NCBI GenBank assembly: GCA_951406725.2
Contig: OX597823.1
Span: 32,302,001-32,366,000 of the forward strand
Reading direction: 5' to 3'
From: Octopus vulgaris
Lineage: Eukaryota
DNA: 64,000 nt
Part shown: positions 40,292 through 54,127 of the stretch, in pieces
How positions within the stretch are numbered: position 1 is the first letter of the stretch
Layout of the letters: every line of letters begins with the position of its first letter
The notes under the pieces: generated by a model
What the model was told of the DNA's origin: nothing
Databases searched by the model: none
The model's input: the letters and a program-made list of their open reading frames with translations, nothing else
Translations under genes and position numbers: made by a program

Positions 40292-40556
40292 TAAACATTT
40301 TAAAACTTCGTATACTGGTAGAATGTGTCACATAAAACATCTTTTTCTCTTGGCGTTCTTGGAGTTGTTGTTGAACTTGTTGGCAAACAGCAGCAGAAAT
40401 TGTATTCACTTCAATAGACGTCATTGATTGGTTGAAATTGCCGAAATGCAAGAAATTTAACAAATAGTTTACAAACTACAGAATTTTCTCAAGAATGCCA
40501 AGAGAAAAAAATGTTTTATGTGACACATTCTACCAGTATACGAAGTTTAAAAGTGT
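40292..40556. mobile_element. MITE with ~65-bp inverted arms
   Basis: aaacttcgtatactggtagaatgtgtcacataaaacat..tctcttggc and its reverse complement. Confidence 0.8.
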
Positions 40557-40948
40557 AATTTTTTACACAAAGTAAATGATTTTTTTAAAAATAAAGTAAA
40601 TAAAACACAAAAACAAAGTAAATAATTTTTAAACAAAGTAAATAAAACCCAAAAACACAAAGTAAGGATCGACTAGTCACGACTAGCTAGCGTGGATGCG
40701 CGAGTACGCTATGTGCGCGTACCGGGACCACTCTTCTTAAGTAGTACCAAGAACTCATTATATTGAATATTATCGATAATATCAAGTAGAAATAGGGGGT
40801 GCTGCAGTTCTGTTGTTCCTTTACACGAGCCACCATTGGTCAAAGCTAGAGTGAGTCCATAGGTCCACGGGACCAGAGCTGATCTGGGACAAAACAAACA
40901 ACACATACGATTTTATACATTACGATAGCGTGCACGCGCGCGCGCGCG

Positions 40949-41880
40949 TGTGGTAAGAAGTTTGCTTCCCAACTACACTATTTGAAGTTCAATCCCACTA
41001 TGTGTCACCGTGGGCAATTGTCTTCTACTATAAGCCCCGTAAGCCTTGTAAGTGGATTTTGTTGACGGAAACTGAAAGAAGCCCGTTTTTTTACCTGTGT
41101 TTGTCCCCCTCCACTGCTTGACCACTGGTGTTGGTTTCTTTAGGTCCTCATAACTTAGCGCGGAAAGACTTCCACCCGTCCCCACCACATTTTCTCCCAA
41201 ATTTGTTTATTAAAATTTTTTTTTTCCAAAAATCCCCGTTTTCAGATATGGAGGTTCCGGAAAATTACCAAAAATCGGCATTGGGAAATCCCCCCCCCCT
41301 TCCACGCCCCTCAACTTCTTCAATTTTGACTTTTTTTCCCCAACACTAACCCTAAAACTCTAATCCTAACACCCTAACCCTAACCCTAACCCTAAAACCG
41401 TAACTAAGTACAGAAATATTTTGAAATTTTTGTCCGAATCATAATGTCCGTATTTTTCCGCATATTTATGAAAAAAAAAATCCTAAAAAAAAATTTTGGG
41501 AAAATTTTTTCAGAATCATAATCTCCGTATTTTTCTACATATTTAAAAAAAAAATTTCTGAAAGAAGTGAAAAATGAAGGAAATGGAGGTGGGGGTGTTA
41601 ATTTAGAAATGTCGATTTTCGACAATTTTTTTGAAGATTCGTATTCCCCGTAGCCGAAGTGGGGGTGGGCGTTATGTCGAAAAAGAAAAAAAAACTTTTT
41701 AATGGTGGTTTCTGGCGGGGGACGGGCGGAAGTCTTGCCCTTCCGCCAAAAGGGACCGATAGAAAAAGGAACGGGCTTTAAAAGATAAAAAGTTGTGGGG
41801 TCGATTCTATCAACTAAAAACCCTTCAAGGCGGTGCCCCAGCATGGCCGAAGTCTAATGACTGAAACAAGTAAAAGAAAT
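40949..41880 (+). mobile_element. SINE family A split by a TIR element
   Basis: Head at 40949-41160 ends taacttagcg; resumes after 41740 with ttc.g.caaaag.gaccgataga. Confidence 0.75.
41161..41740. mobile_element. TIR element containing internal (CCCTAA)n telomere-like repeats
   Basis: TIRs aagacttcc.cccgtcccc / ggggacgggcggaagtctt; CCCTAA repeats at 41347-41396. Confidence 0.7.
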
Positions 41881-43049
41881 AAAGGAAATTTATATGAAAT
41901 AGAGAAAAGGGAAACATAGAAATAGATGAGAGAGAGAGAAAGAAGGGGAAGAAGCAAATATAATTCAAGAGAAAAATGCAAATACTTAAACTTAAGCCAA
42001 ATCTGGATTATCTATAGTTGTGCTTGTTGATATTATTGCTTTATATCCGATTCTGAAAGTTAGTGAAATATTTCAGTGAGAGATTGCCAGAAAATCCTCT
42101 CAGGAAACTACTGAAATCTAGCGTAAGATAATATCTGATTGTATTGAAGCAGGAAAGATTTCCAGTAGATTTAAAATGTCCGCTGATGTATTCAGTTGTA
42201 AACAATATTTTATTTTATTTTTAATTTTGCAGAATATAGGGCGGAGTTTTGGAATAACTATCTCTACTTCATGAGGAAGATTAGGGCAAGGAGCTAGAAA
42301 TCTCTTTTTGTTTTATCTTTACCTTTTTATAATTTTTTAGTATTCCTGTATATTGAACGAAAATTACGGTCCTCAGAGTTTTTTTCCACCCCAAAAAAAT
42401 TTCAACTTTTTATATTTTGCTTTCCCAATTCTGTGTCCTTTTTCACCATGAGGTATTGATAGCTATTTCAAAACTTCATTTTAAGTGTGTATTAAGATTT
42501 TATTAAGAAATTATACGGTTAATTTCTTCAATTAAAATCGATTTCATCTTGAAAACTTACTGTGCACACATTTTTTACCTTCGTACGCTAGTTGTAAAAA
42601 TGTGTACGCCCACATCAACGCACAGCTTAAAGAGAACATGTGACAGGTATTAATTATGTATAGAGTTCTTACAAAGTATTTGTTGTATAAATCATATTTT
42701 ATTGTGGTGATTGTATAGGATAGGTATTGCGTACAGAGAGCTTAATGAATTCTTGCGTAAGATGGGAGCTTGCCAAACGACTATCATTTGATTTTACGTA
42801 ACGTGATCCCAGGTGTGGTTTCTGTGTTTTTGTTCATGTTTTATCTTGTTTTTTTTTTTTTGTTTGTCATTATTAGTACTCCAATTATAATTTGTACTAT
42901 TTCCACATTTGTCCCATATCCTACATATTTCAGTTTCGAGATCCTTGTTGCTTCTTCACTTCCTTCCGGGCAATATTCTGGTCAGAAGAGATCGAGATGT
43001 GTATCAGAGTACAAACATTTTCATTCTAGATCTTGATAATTATATTCCT

Positions 43050-43520
43050 CATTTACTTTTTCAAGTTCTACTTAGAGAGAATAGAAGCATGTACCTATCA
43101 ATAGAAGCGAAGAAAGGAGTTTTAGGAGCATACATAGGAATCATCCTTATATATGGTTATGTGTGTGACTTGAAGCGTCACCAGCCAAGCACAAGTTTAT
43201 TAATGCTGGTCCTTGTTGTTGGACGTCGATGTTTATCACCATATACGTTGAGAATATATTTAGTATTCGTTTTAGGACCACCAAAAAGCTTCTCAGTAGA
43301 ATAAGAAAACAAGCTCAGCTCATTCGATACCATATGAGAAGAAAAAGCCTCGAGTATTTAGTGACAACAGGGAAACTGAAAGGAAGAACAAGCCAAGGAA
43401 GACAGAGAGAAAATACTCGATTGTATTACCAGCTATGTTCAGAAAGACCAGCCTAGTAACGGGCTAAATTGTGTGAGTGGCAAGAGGCTATGGGCGCCCA
43501 TTATCGCTGACGCATGTAGG
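43050..43520 (+). pseudogene. RTE-clade LINE 3' fragment
   Basis: LLSRIRKQ..YHMRRKSLEYLVTTGKLKGRTSQGRQR is a typical RTE ORF C-terminus; upstream frame-shifted KKGVL.AYI..ILIYG. Confidence 0.75.
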
Positions 43521-43589
43521 AAATGGAGGAGGAAGAGACAGCAAGAAAGAGGAGAGGGAGAGGGAGGAGAGAGAGAGAGATGCTCTTCG

Positions 43590-44020
43590 GTAAATTTGTT
43601 GAGCTGACAGAATCTTTAGCATGCCAGGTAAAATGCATAGCGGCATTTCATCCGTCTTTATGTTCTGAGTTCAAATTCTGCCGATGTCGACTTCTTTGCC
43701 TTTCAGTTTTTCGAGGTTGATAAAATAAGTATCGGTTGAGCACTGGGGTCGATGTGATCGACTTAACCCCTCCCCCGAAATTATTGGCTTCGTGCCAAAC
43801 TTTGAAATCATTGTTAAGGCGGTGAGCTGACCGAATCATTAGCACACCGGGCAAAATGCTTAGCGGCATTTCATTCGTCTATACGCTTTGAGTTCATAAT
43901 CCCACCGAGGTCGACTTTTCGGGGTCTCTGAAATAAGTACCAATCAAATAATGGGGTCCATGAAATCAATTAGTCACCGCCACTAAAATTTCAGATTTTG
44001 CGCGTACAGTAAAAAGGATT
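43590..44020 (+). mobile_element. Two tandem SINE family B copies
   Basis: gagctgac.gaatc.ttagca..cc.gg.aaaatgc.tagcggcattt occurs twice. Confidence 0.85.
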
Positions 44021-44407
44021 ATTTATCATCGTCACTGGAGTTACTAGTAAAAGCGTGTATTTTATGAGCTCGTGGGTTTCAGGGAAAATATTGGATTTCT
44101 TTGAAATTGAATGCTGTTCTTTGTTGTAATTATGTAAATGAGTTACGTAAGAAGGTGTGGAGTATTTCCAGTTGTTTTCTCCTCCACAAATAGAAAAATA
44201 ACGTAACACTTGCTCAGGCGGACACGTTTGCAGAAATAAACATTTTCAGCTTAACACATGCAAGTAGTGAAAATCAAATTTTTAATAAGAGCATTGCGAG
44301 CGTCAAAAATCAAAATGAATCGCTGGACATAAGTTAGCTCAAGGAAGAAGGGAGGGGGAATGGGAGAGATATGTTACAGGGTCTACTGTTTTCTTGCTTA
44401 ATGAATA

Positions 44408-45067
44408 TGTAGGGATCTAGCTTCACCCTGCCTGAGATTTGGGGCCAGGTCTACCTGCTTGTTGCTTGTCAGGGCGAGAGAGAAATCCCAATTGTAGCGG
44501 CTAATGTTATGCTTTCGGTTGATATGTTGTAGCTGTCTACCAAATGTAGCGTGTAGATGTAATGCTTCAAGGTTCTCGCGTCGGAGTACCAGTAAACATG
44601 TTTATTCGTTTGCCAGACAGGTACTTAAAGAGACAGTAGCAATTCTAACGATAGTGATAACAAGGTCGTCTCGCTGGTTAATAGTTGATAGTGTAGAAAA
44701 AGGTAGTCTGTCAGTAGAGAGTAAAAGAATAAGGAATGCACGGTGCTGACTCGAAAGGACAGAGGTGGCAGCGTTTTTCTTGCGACCGAGGAAAGTGCTG
44801 CTTTTGGTCATGGTGTTGCTCCTCGGTCTGACTGACACAAAAGAAGATGAGACAGGAAATTATCTCTGTTATATAAACTATGGTCAGTAATGTAGGTCAA
44901 ACCCTAAACAAAGGACTGACCTTTCTTTGACCAGCACAGGTCCTAGGGGGTAGAGTGTTTCCTCATCAATCATCTGGTATGGAGAGGATTTCCCTCTCGC
45001 CCTGACAAGCGACAAAGCAAGTAGACCTGGCCCCAAATCTCAGGCAGGGTCGAGCTAGATCCCTACA
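44408..45067. mobile_element. Non-autonomous TIR element with TGT...ACA ends and a 4-bp TSD (Ginger-like)
   Basis: ~82-bp TIRs at 44408-44489 and 44986-45067; AATA on both flanks. Confidence 0.8.
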
Positions 45068-46927
45068 AATATCTCCTAAGACGAAATGGGAATAAAGAGA
45101 TAGAGATTTGCCTCTCGGAAAACGAAGGAAGTTTTATAAACCCACAAAAGAGCAGTTGGAAGAAGCCCTGAGCGAAGTATGGAAGGATATTTAATCCATC
45201 AACTCGGTTAAGACATACAGAAGCATGTACCTAGTCTTTAGGACCGAAGACAGATGGACTAGGGGCGGAGAATCGTCTTTAGTCATGCTTCTTTCTATTC
45301 AGATTTCAACCCCAGTGATGTCAGCTTTGCTCATCCTTGTGAAATCAATAGAATAAATACCAGTTACACATCAACTAAGTTTTATCATCTATACGTAACC
45401 CACTTGGTCCATAATTAGAAGTTATTAATATCTGGAAAAGGAATCTATGTTTCTCTAATTTGTTCATATTTTCTGAGAATATTCTGGAAGAGTTTTCTTT
45501 TTCTTTTTCTTTTTTTTTTTTGTAGCTTATGTTTTCTTGTCTGTAATCTACAGTTTCTCTTCTGTTTGTTTATTGAAAATGTAGGACTCGCATATATATT
45601 TGGGGAATTTGAAAGAAGAAAAAATTCTTATAAAACATGAAAGTACTTTAAACATCCATAACTAAATAACTCTCGTTTCCCTACTACCATTGCTATTAAA
45701 AACATGCAAGTCTCATTGAATATAAATATACACAGAATATGTATACTGTTACACGCACACACACATGCACACGCACGCGCGCATATCATATAAATCAATG
45801 TAAATAAACATGTATAACTAACTACATCTCCATCACTAGATTGCCAATTGCCTGCAATGCTGTAGGAAAATTATTTTTCCATAAATATCATTTTTCTTTC
45901 TTTTTAGTAAGTTGTAAAGAAAGCAAAAAATAAAGATACTTCGCCTTCGGGGATTAAAAATCCCAGTTAAATACAAAACAGAATGAGAAAGAACGTGATG
46001 AAATAAATATATTATCGTGATTTAGGATTTTTTTTAACGCAAAATATTATTCACAGCCAAATTTAAACGTAATTTATTTGCACAAAAATATGCGGCGTGT
46101 ATTTTTCTAGTTCGCTTTTCGTTAAATCTACATTACTCGTTTTACCAAACGGAATCCACTGAAGATTTGGTAGAAAGACATTTTCCAAAAGAACCGCGCA
46201 GACATCGAACCCCAAACCAATACTTATTCTAAGTTTATTACTTATTCTATTGGACTTTGTTTGCTGAACCACTAAGTTACGGAGATGTAAACAAACCAAC
46301 ACTTGTGAAACAGTGAGCAACAAATACTCGTACGAATACAAAGACACACACATGTGCATATTTTTTTAAAAATTGGAACTTATGCTATTATCTTTAATTC
46401 TGTAGTCACAGTTGTTTCATATTATAACAATTCTGCTTGTTCCTTCGTTACTTAGCTCGTCCGCAACACTTTCACGTGATTAGTTGAGGGGAAAGGCGAA
46501 GCGTGAGAGAAAAAGAGAGAGAAAGAAAAAAGAGAGAAAAAAAGAGGGTAAGGCGACGAGTGAGAGTGCTGAGTATCAAGTCTATAAAATTGTGCATAAA
46601 GTATATAAAGTGCATTAAGTAATCATCGCAATCCAATTTCCTTCACTTTTCAATAAGTAGTAGATGAGCGACTATATTTTGATACAGACACGACACAGGC
46701 TACGGTTTCAGGTTTTTTGGATAAAGTTCCCAGAGATAACCCCAATAAGTTTACAATTAATTCCGTGAAATATTCACGGGTCCCACAAGTAAGCATAAAT
46801 ATAATAAACTTATGTTACATATATTGCAGACCTATATATATACATAACCATACCAACGTAAACGTCTCTCTTGCGCGTCACATCCGATGGTTCTTATGTC
46901 TAACATTTCTCTCAGGGAGCTATGTAT

Positions 46928-46969
<42 letters not shown>

Positions 46970-47073
46970 CGGGAAGCTTTATGAAAATAAACAAAAGACG
47001 AAGGCAGGTGGAAAACAAACATATATATATATATATGTATGTATGCATGTATGTATATTTATATGTATGTATG

Positions 47074-47158
<85 letters not shown>

Positions 47159-47553
47159 ATATAATTAGTGAATGGAAGAAATGGAGTTGAACGAAGATTG
47201 TACAGAATTCCTTTTATTACATTCTACACATGTTTCAAAGGCCACAATTTTCCAAATTCTGATTAAATAAGGATACCATATTGCAGCTTTCTCTTCAGGA
47301 AAAAGCAGGAATTACGTTGACAGAACAATGGGCTCTTAAGGAGCGTCCTCGTTCGAATTGCTTTGCTGCGCCTCAGTTTTGTTTTGTTCTGTCAACGTAA
47401 TTCCTGCTTTTTCCTGAAGAGAAAGCTACAATATAGTATCCTTATTTAATCAGAATTTGGAAAATTGTGGCCTTTGAAACATGTGTAGAATGTAATAAAA
47501 GGAATTCTGTACAATCTTCGTTCAACTCCATTTCTTCCATTCACTAATTATAT
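47159..47553. repeat. Near-perfect fold-back (170-bp arms, 55-nt loop) with a hammerhead motif and AATAAA in each arm
   Basis: Plus arm: TTC-CTGAAGA (47414)-long stem II-GAAA (47476)-CATGTG-TA-GAA, then AATAAA at 47494. Confidence 0.88.
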
Positions 47554-47704
47554 TAAACTTCAATTATCCGCACCAACGCACGGTTGCAACACCAAATGGT
47601 CTTATCTCCAACCGTGTTTTTTTCTGCTTGATTTTTGCTACCCAGGTATCGGTTAAACTTTTGAATAATCTGTAACAAGAAAATTCATCTTTCCATTTCA
47701 ACAA

Positions 47705-47772
<68 letters not shown>

Positions 47773-50129
47773 ATATATACATACGCGCACGTGCGTGCGT
47801 GCATGCGTGTGTGTTTACTCACAAACGCACACATATATACGACGGACTTCAGCATATTTTTTCTTTATTATTTATCTTTAATCTTTCTCCCTTGCTGAAA
47901 TATTAACCGCACACAGAGAATATTTTCATGAACAATTTGGCAAGCTGATTCTCTGCTTCACCAGCGACAGCAGTTATTCCCATTGCTTATTTTTTGGGGC
48001 GGCGGGGAAGAAACTTTACACCGTTTGCCTTCCTCGGACCTCGTCGCGGCACTCGACAGGTGAATCATATACAACCTCCAAAATGTTGCAGTCGGCAAAA
48101 GTATTAGTGACAATGGTATCTTATATGGAAAACAGGTCATCCTGTTCAAACTTTCGCCATCACCGTAGTCCAGTCAAATCCGTGGGTATCAGTTTCGTAG
48201 ATAGGTCTACCAATACGAAAGATGATTTGTTAATACATTGTTGATTTCAGCATTCCAGGGTAATCTCCGGCACTGAAATGACGCAACTACATAACTTTCT
48301 ATATCGATCTCTAATACAACAACACTTTAACATTCGGCAAGAGTCCAATCTCGAAGAGTCACACCAATTTGGTAGGCACTGTTGTCCAGCTTTGATACCC
48401 TCAGTCTGGGACACGAGGAGGGAATTGAGCCAAATACCGTTCCGTAGTTGATGTGCAGCAGGCAACAGTGCCAGATTTTTCTCATTTGTGTATCTTGCAA
48501 GCAAAACACACTTCTCATGCTTCTCAATAACTCTCATCCCAAAATTCGTTGTTTCTTTACACACACACACACACACACTATCTATCTATATATTGATTCA
48601 ATAAATAGGTACCTAACTTACAAGGAAGATAGTGTATGGGGTGTTTGGGTGTTCATGCTTTTACTCAGACTGAAATTGGCTTTAAGTGAAAGTCCGATGA
48701 CTTCAAGTAAGAATAAAACGTTATCATGGTCACTGCTCACTGAGAATTCAGTAAAGTTCCACATCACTGGTTGTGTGATCGATAATTATATTAAATGTTG
48801 TGAATGTAGAGAACGTTTAACATTGTTACCAGCTATTTCATGAAGATTAATGGAACATGAAGGAAGAAATGGAGGTGGGTAAGACGTCTGCAGTGTCCCG
48901 ATAGACAACTCAGTCAAAATTCCCAACAGTGAATCACTGTTTTGTCAGTTAGACATCTTTGCCAGATCATACTTCCAACAAGGCTATTGTTCATGAATTT
49001 ATCTAATAAAAATGCAAAAGGCCGCGAATTAACTTAAATATTGTGTTGCGAAATTTGGTTTTGGAAATTAAATTTGTGATAAACGGATTAAAAATAATGC
49101 TGAAAACAGTCACCAAGTAGCTATTAATTTTTAAGCTTTGTCAAATTATTTTCCATATTTGGATTTGCAGTTGGGATTATCAAACCCCAAATTTACCCCT
49201 CGTTTTTTCGAAGCTGAGTCATGTTAAATAGATTCGGCAACCAGATTTGATGAAAGTTCTGCATTCATAGATTGTATCATTTCTCGTTCGTTTTAATAAA
49301 CAGGGGAACGTGAGATTTTGGTTTCTCAAATAAACTTAAAGGTCTCAGCTTTGTAGAAACATGTTGGCGTTCATACCTTTTCAAAAAAAAAACAAAAAAA
49401 ATTAACATTACCAACATCAGTGAATTCGACTGAGAACCGGAAGTGACAAAATGAGTTTGTTGTATAAAAATGTCTCTACTCCATTTGTTGTATAAACAAT
49501 AACAAGATAATTCGGCACATATAAAAGAGATCTAGCTTCGTGTTGGGTTTATCTTTAAAGAAACCATCAACGTTGTTTAGATACAAATTAAGATAAGTTG
49601 TAATAGTTGAAGGTATGATGTTATGATTGTACCACATCATTGCCAAAGAAACTCACCACACACAAGACATTAAATATTTCACTAAACAGACACACCCTTA
49701 TAATTATGTTGCCATCTTTTCAATTAATTTAAGATGTTTAGTTCTATGAAGATTCCATATGTTTTATATACACGTATACGTGTGTGTGTGTATGTATGGT
49801 CTGGGTGTGTGTGTATTTGTTTTTTAATGATTAAATATTAACATTGACGTAATGTTCGCCAAATTTGTAATTGTTTTACACATCTAACTCATAATCTCGC
49901 ACCTATGGGTTATGATCATCATCATACATATAACTAAGACCACCATTTCTACTAATAATACTGCTGCTGCTGCTGCTACTACTACTACTACTACTACTAC
50001 TAGCGTAAATCTTGTCAGTTAAATAATTTCTTTTCCATAGTATGGAAAAGTTTCCAGAATGGAGTTAAAGTCTGCCTGTGGGAGGGAAAGCTTTATACTG
50101 TAGCTGATTACCTTGGAAGAGTGGTGTTA

Positions 50130-50660
50130 TAGATACGGTGACATTATGGACATCGCGACGTCATAGACACAAAGAAACGTTATAGTCATTGTGACATCAC
50201 ACACAGTCTTCGTGACGTTATGGTCGCCGTCATAGTTAAAAATTTGTTTGGAGTGATCATATATTGTATCAATACGATAAAAGCAAACAGACGTTATAGA
50301 GATTATATTATCAGTGACATTATTATTAATGATAGAAACGTTTCTAGACGTAGGAATCGCCGAGATATTATTAGACTAAGAGCGACGTTAAAGTGACAAT
50401 GACGTCACAATTTCGGAAACTCTTAAACGTCACACAGTGACGTCATAGTGAGAACGACGTTGCATTTTCAGTAACCTTACACATCACTCGGTGTGTTACA
50501 AGGACGGTGACATCACAATCTCAGAAATTTTCAGAGATATCACACTTTACAATGACAACTATTTTATAGGAATTCATATCACACAGGGGCGTTATTGTGA
50601 CAGTGACGTCATAATCTCAGAATCTCGACAGACGTCACACTTTCAGTGACCAGCAATTTT
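50130..50660. repeat. Degenerate repeat rich in TGACGTCA/TGACATCA motifs
   Basis: More than 10 gacgtca/gacatca/gacgtta variants; perfect TGACGTCA near 50400, 50438 and 50604. Confidence 0.65.
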
Positions 50661-51755
50661 ACAGTCATATATATAAACTGCGTTGTTGTTATTTAAATAA
50701 TACAACGGTAAAAGTAATAATATATCAATGATATAGAGAGAGAAAAAAAGAGAGTGATTTCCATGAAGCAGTACGCCATAAATCGATTCCAAATATTTAT
50801 CGGGCTCTACAAATAGACTGAACGTGAAACACAGTTGGCAAAAGAAGGAAGGTAAGAGATTTCTCTTAAAGTTTTCTTTCTTTAAATTATAATGCAATAG
50901 AATTGGCAGCGGCTATTTTATTCATTCATTTCTCCTAAGTATATAAAGGTTATTTTCATTTAGTGTTTTTTTTTAATATTTTAAGTTATTTCACCTCTAA
51001 AATATGTACGACGGACTCTAATTCTCCTATTCGGATGTTATATTTTGTAAAGAGCTCAGTTCAGGCATAGTATCTTTATCTCCCCCTCCCTCCCTCCTCT
51101 CTCTCTCTCTATCTATCTATATGTATATGTATATATACACACACACACGCGCACGTTTATGTATATATATTTAAATATACATGTATATAAGTAATATTTA
51201 TAAGTAATAGAGTTGCTCAAGGTCTGAGAGTTTCGTGCGTTGGCACTTTTCAAACTCACAGGTTGAAAAACCTGTAGAGTTTATATACCTGGTCACCAAC
51301 TAAATATTAATAAAAATATACATATACTCATATTTTGAGTTCTGTTTTTCCAGCTTGCATCAACATAGTTATATAAGATGTGTGTGTGTGTGTGTGTGTA
51401 TGTATGCATGTATGCGTGCATGTGTGTATCTGTATATGTGCTTATGTGTGTGCGCACTTGTGTGCCTATGTTATGGGAAACCTCGCCGAGATTCTATCAG
51501 CCGTTCGATTCTCTCAACCGGATCCCAATTCATTTTCCAATTGTTCCCATTTTATCTTAACTAACAAAAGACCTGGTTCTCCACCACCTTTCTCACCTCT
51601 TTCAAATTACCAGCTTAACTTTGTCATATAAACTGGGACACAAAGTTCATTCTTAACAGTTGGCGACCTGCACCCATCCAATCAATACGCCAATAGAGCT
51701 AGCTGTTCGTCCCTTTAACCCTGAGTCAAGCATCCCCAAGACTGAAGCTCTACAT

Positions 51756-52200
51756 CAGTAGTTCTCAATCAGGGCCCATTGACGATTTTGCAGTTAAAGT
51801 TTATGTCAAATAAGCTGGTTATATTTCTACAATACACAAACTATTTAAATATTTTTTTTATACAATAAGGTTGTGAGCTGACAGGATCGTTAGCACGCCA
51901 GGCATTTCGTCCGTTTTCATATTCTGAATTCCAATTGTGCCGAGGTCGACTTTTCTTCTCATCCTTTCGAGACCGATAAAATAAATACAAGTTGGGCACT
52001 AGGTCGATGTAATCAACTCACCACACCCCTGAAATTGCTGGACTTGTGCCCAAATACGCCACCAGTATTTACTCATAAAAACATAAAAGTGTTTACACAT
52101 CGAATGGCTCTGGGGGTCCCACCCCCGAGTCAAATAGGAATCAATGGGTCCGTGGACCCCTGGCAATCCGCAAACTAGGGGTCGATGAACTAAATTCAAA

Positions 52201-52246
<46 letters not shown>

Positions 52247-52337
52247 CACACACATACATACATACATACATAAGGATAAGCATATTAAAAGGGGTCCGTG
52301 GGAAAACTCATTTAAATAAAAGGATTGGGAACCACTG
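51756..52337. mobile_element. hAT-Charlie-type MITE with nested SINE B (about 51868-52050) and (TA)n
   Basis: TIR CAGTAGTTCTCAATC / GATTGGGAACCACTG; 8-bp TSD CTCTACAT/CTCTACAC. Confidence 0.8.
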
Positions 52338-52651
52338 CTCTACACCTGCAATATGACAGGACGACTGCCTATAGTTACTACTATAACACAAAGCATCAGC
52401 AAATCAAATAACTACAGCCTACCTTTATAGTTTACTATTAAACTGTCCTAGCTCACCGTTGTCGCAAACACACGTACCATACACTCTTTGTTAAACATAT
52501 TAATATTGGTATAACTTGAATTGGTTGTGGTTCAACATTAATAACTGTAAACACGTTTTGCAGATGTTCATGCAATAAGCTTTTTATATACACAAATGAA
52601 TCCCGTATTTACATCGGTCTACTTCCCCTCACACATTGCATTCCAATATAA

Positions 52652-52737
<86 letters not shown>

Positions 52738-53012
52738 AGGCTGGTTCATAGCGTTATATTAACTGCCCTATATCTTAGAGTGCTTCTCCTCTGGATTTAT
52801 GTATTTCTACAAACAATCATACACACACACAAACATATACTTATATGCATATATATGTATATATACAAATGTTAGTGCATTCAACACATTTATTGGGAGT
52901 TACATGTATGGATCAAAACAGTTTGATTCAAACTCCTTGGTACTCTTAAGTTTCAAGCGTGATGCTAATCCTTGGCCACAGGAATTATATACATATGTCT
53001 ATGTATGTATGT

Positions 53013-53282
53013 CGGTTACGACGACAAGGGTTCCAGCTGATCCGATCAACGGAACAGCCTGCTCGTTAAATTAATGTGCAAGTGGCTGAACATTCCACAG
53101 ACACGCGTACCCTTCCAGTAGTTCTCAGAGAAATTCAGTGTGGCATAGAATGTGACATGGCTGGCCCTTTTTGAAATGCAGGTACAACTCATTTTTACCA
53201 GCTGAGTGGACTGGAGCAATGTGAAATAAAGTGTCTAGCTCAATGACACAACGCGTCGCCGGGAATTGAACTCACGGCCTTA
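53013..53282 (-). mobile_element. tRNA-derived SINE, family D
   Basis: Minus strand B box GAGTTCAATTCCC followed by GTTGTGTCATTGAGCTAGACACTT, a typical metazoan SINE post-tRNA segment. Confidence 0.65.
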
Positions 53283-54127
53283 CACACACATTAAATGTTC
53301 GTGTTGTTCAGTTTCGAATATTCCCAAATGTGAATTTTAATTGGGTTCACAGCTACGTATATATATGAACACGTGGCTGTGTTAGTCAATAATGTTGTCT
53401 GGAAGTCACTTAGATCTAGGTTCGCTCCCACAGACATCTTTTTTTTTTTTTTTTTTTACTATTGCCTCGAGTTGATCCAAACTTTGTGAATAAAATAGGG
53501 TTGGCAGTCGCATACTAGAGTGTGTGCCGCCTGGAGCAGTCCTTGAATTTTCCGCCCCGCTCCGGAACCCCAAGCCTATGCAGACTTATACAGCACACCC
53601 AAATGTGCTGCCCCTATTAAAATTCCCGTCCGAGACGGACTGCTACCCCCACCTCACCCCCTATTGGCTACGCTGGTCAGGGTAGACAGGGTACCGTATG
53701 AAAGCCAGGTGGATGGTCTGTACCTGTTATTCGATGGCACAGACTTGTAACACTTATCTCGCCTGTTGATTATATTAAAAGTACAGGTGCTTGGAGAAAT
53801 AGTCATGTACACTAAATACAAGGAGCAATTGTGTTGGTCAAAGAACTGGAATATTCTTTCCTTTAAAATCGACTACAGTCCATCAATTCATTTATATTCT
53901 AACCGTTATGGAAAAGAAATATGGAAGAAGAATACAAAATTATTTAAATTCTTCATGGTTAATTGAGATTTGAAGGGACGTTTGATTCTTCTCATTTGTC
54001 TTTATTTTGGGGCAGAAAATATAACGGAAAAAAGGCCTGTCAAGGTTGGGGTCAAACTGGTGCGGTTTACCGGATAGTTGGATGCAGTGACGTGACATTC
54101 GATAGGCTAATATTATAGGAGTTACCA

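Noticed and set aside
41347-41396. True telomere or chromosome fusion site
   Set aside because: Only a few degenerate units, enclosed within a TIR element.
28199-42640. Inverted motifs tgttccctctaagctgtg (28201) and cacagcttaaagagaaca (42621) as ends of one 14-kb transposon
   Set aside because: No matching TSD or transposase; more likely ends of two separate MITE remnants.
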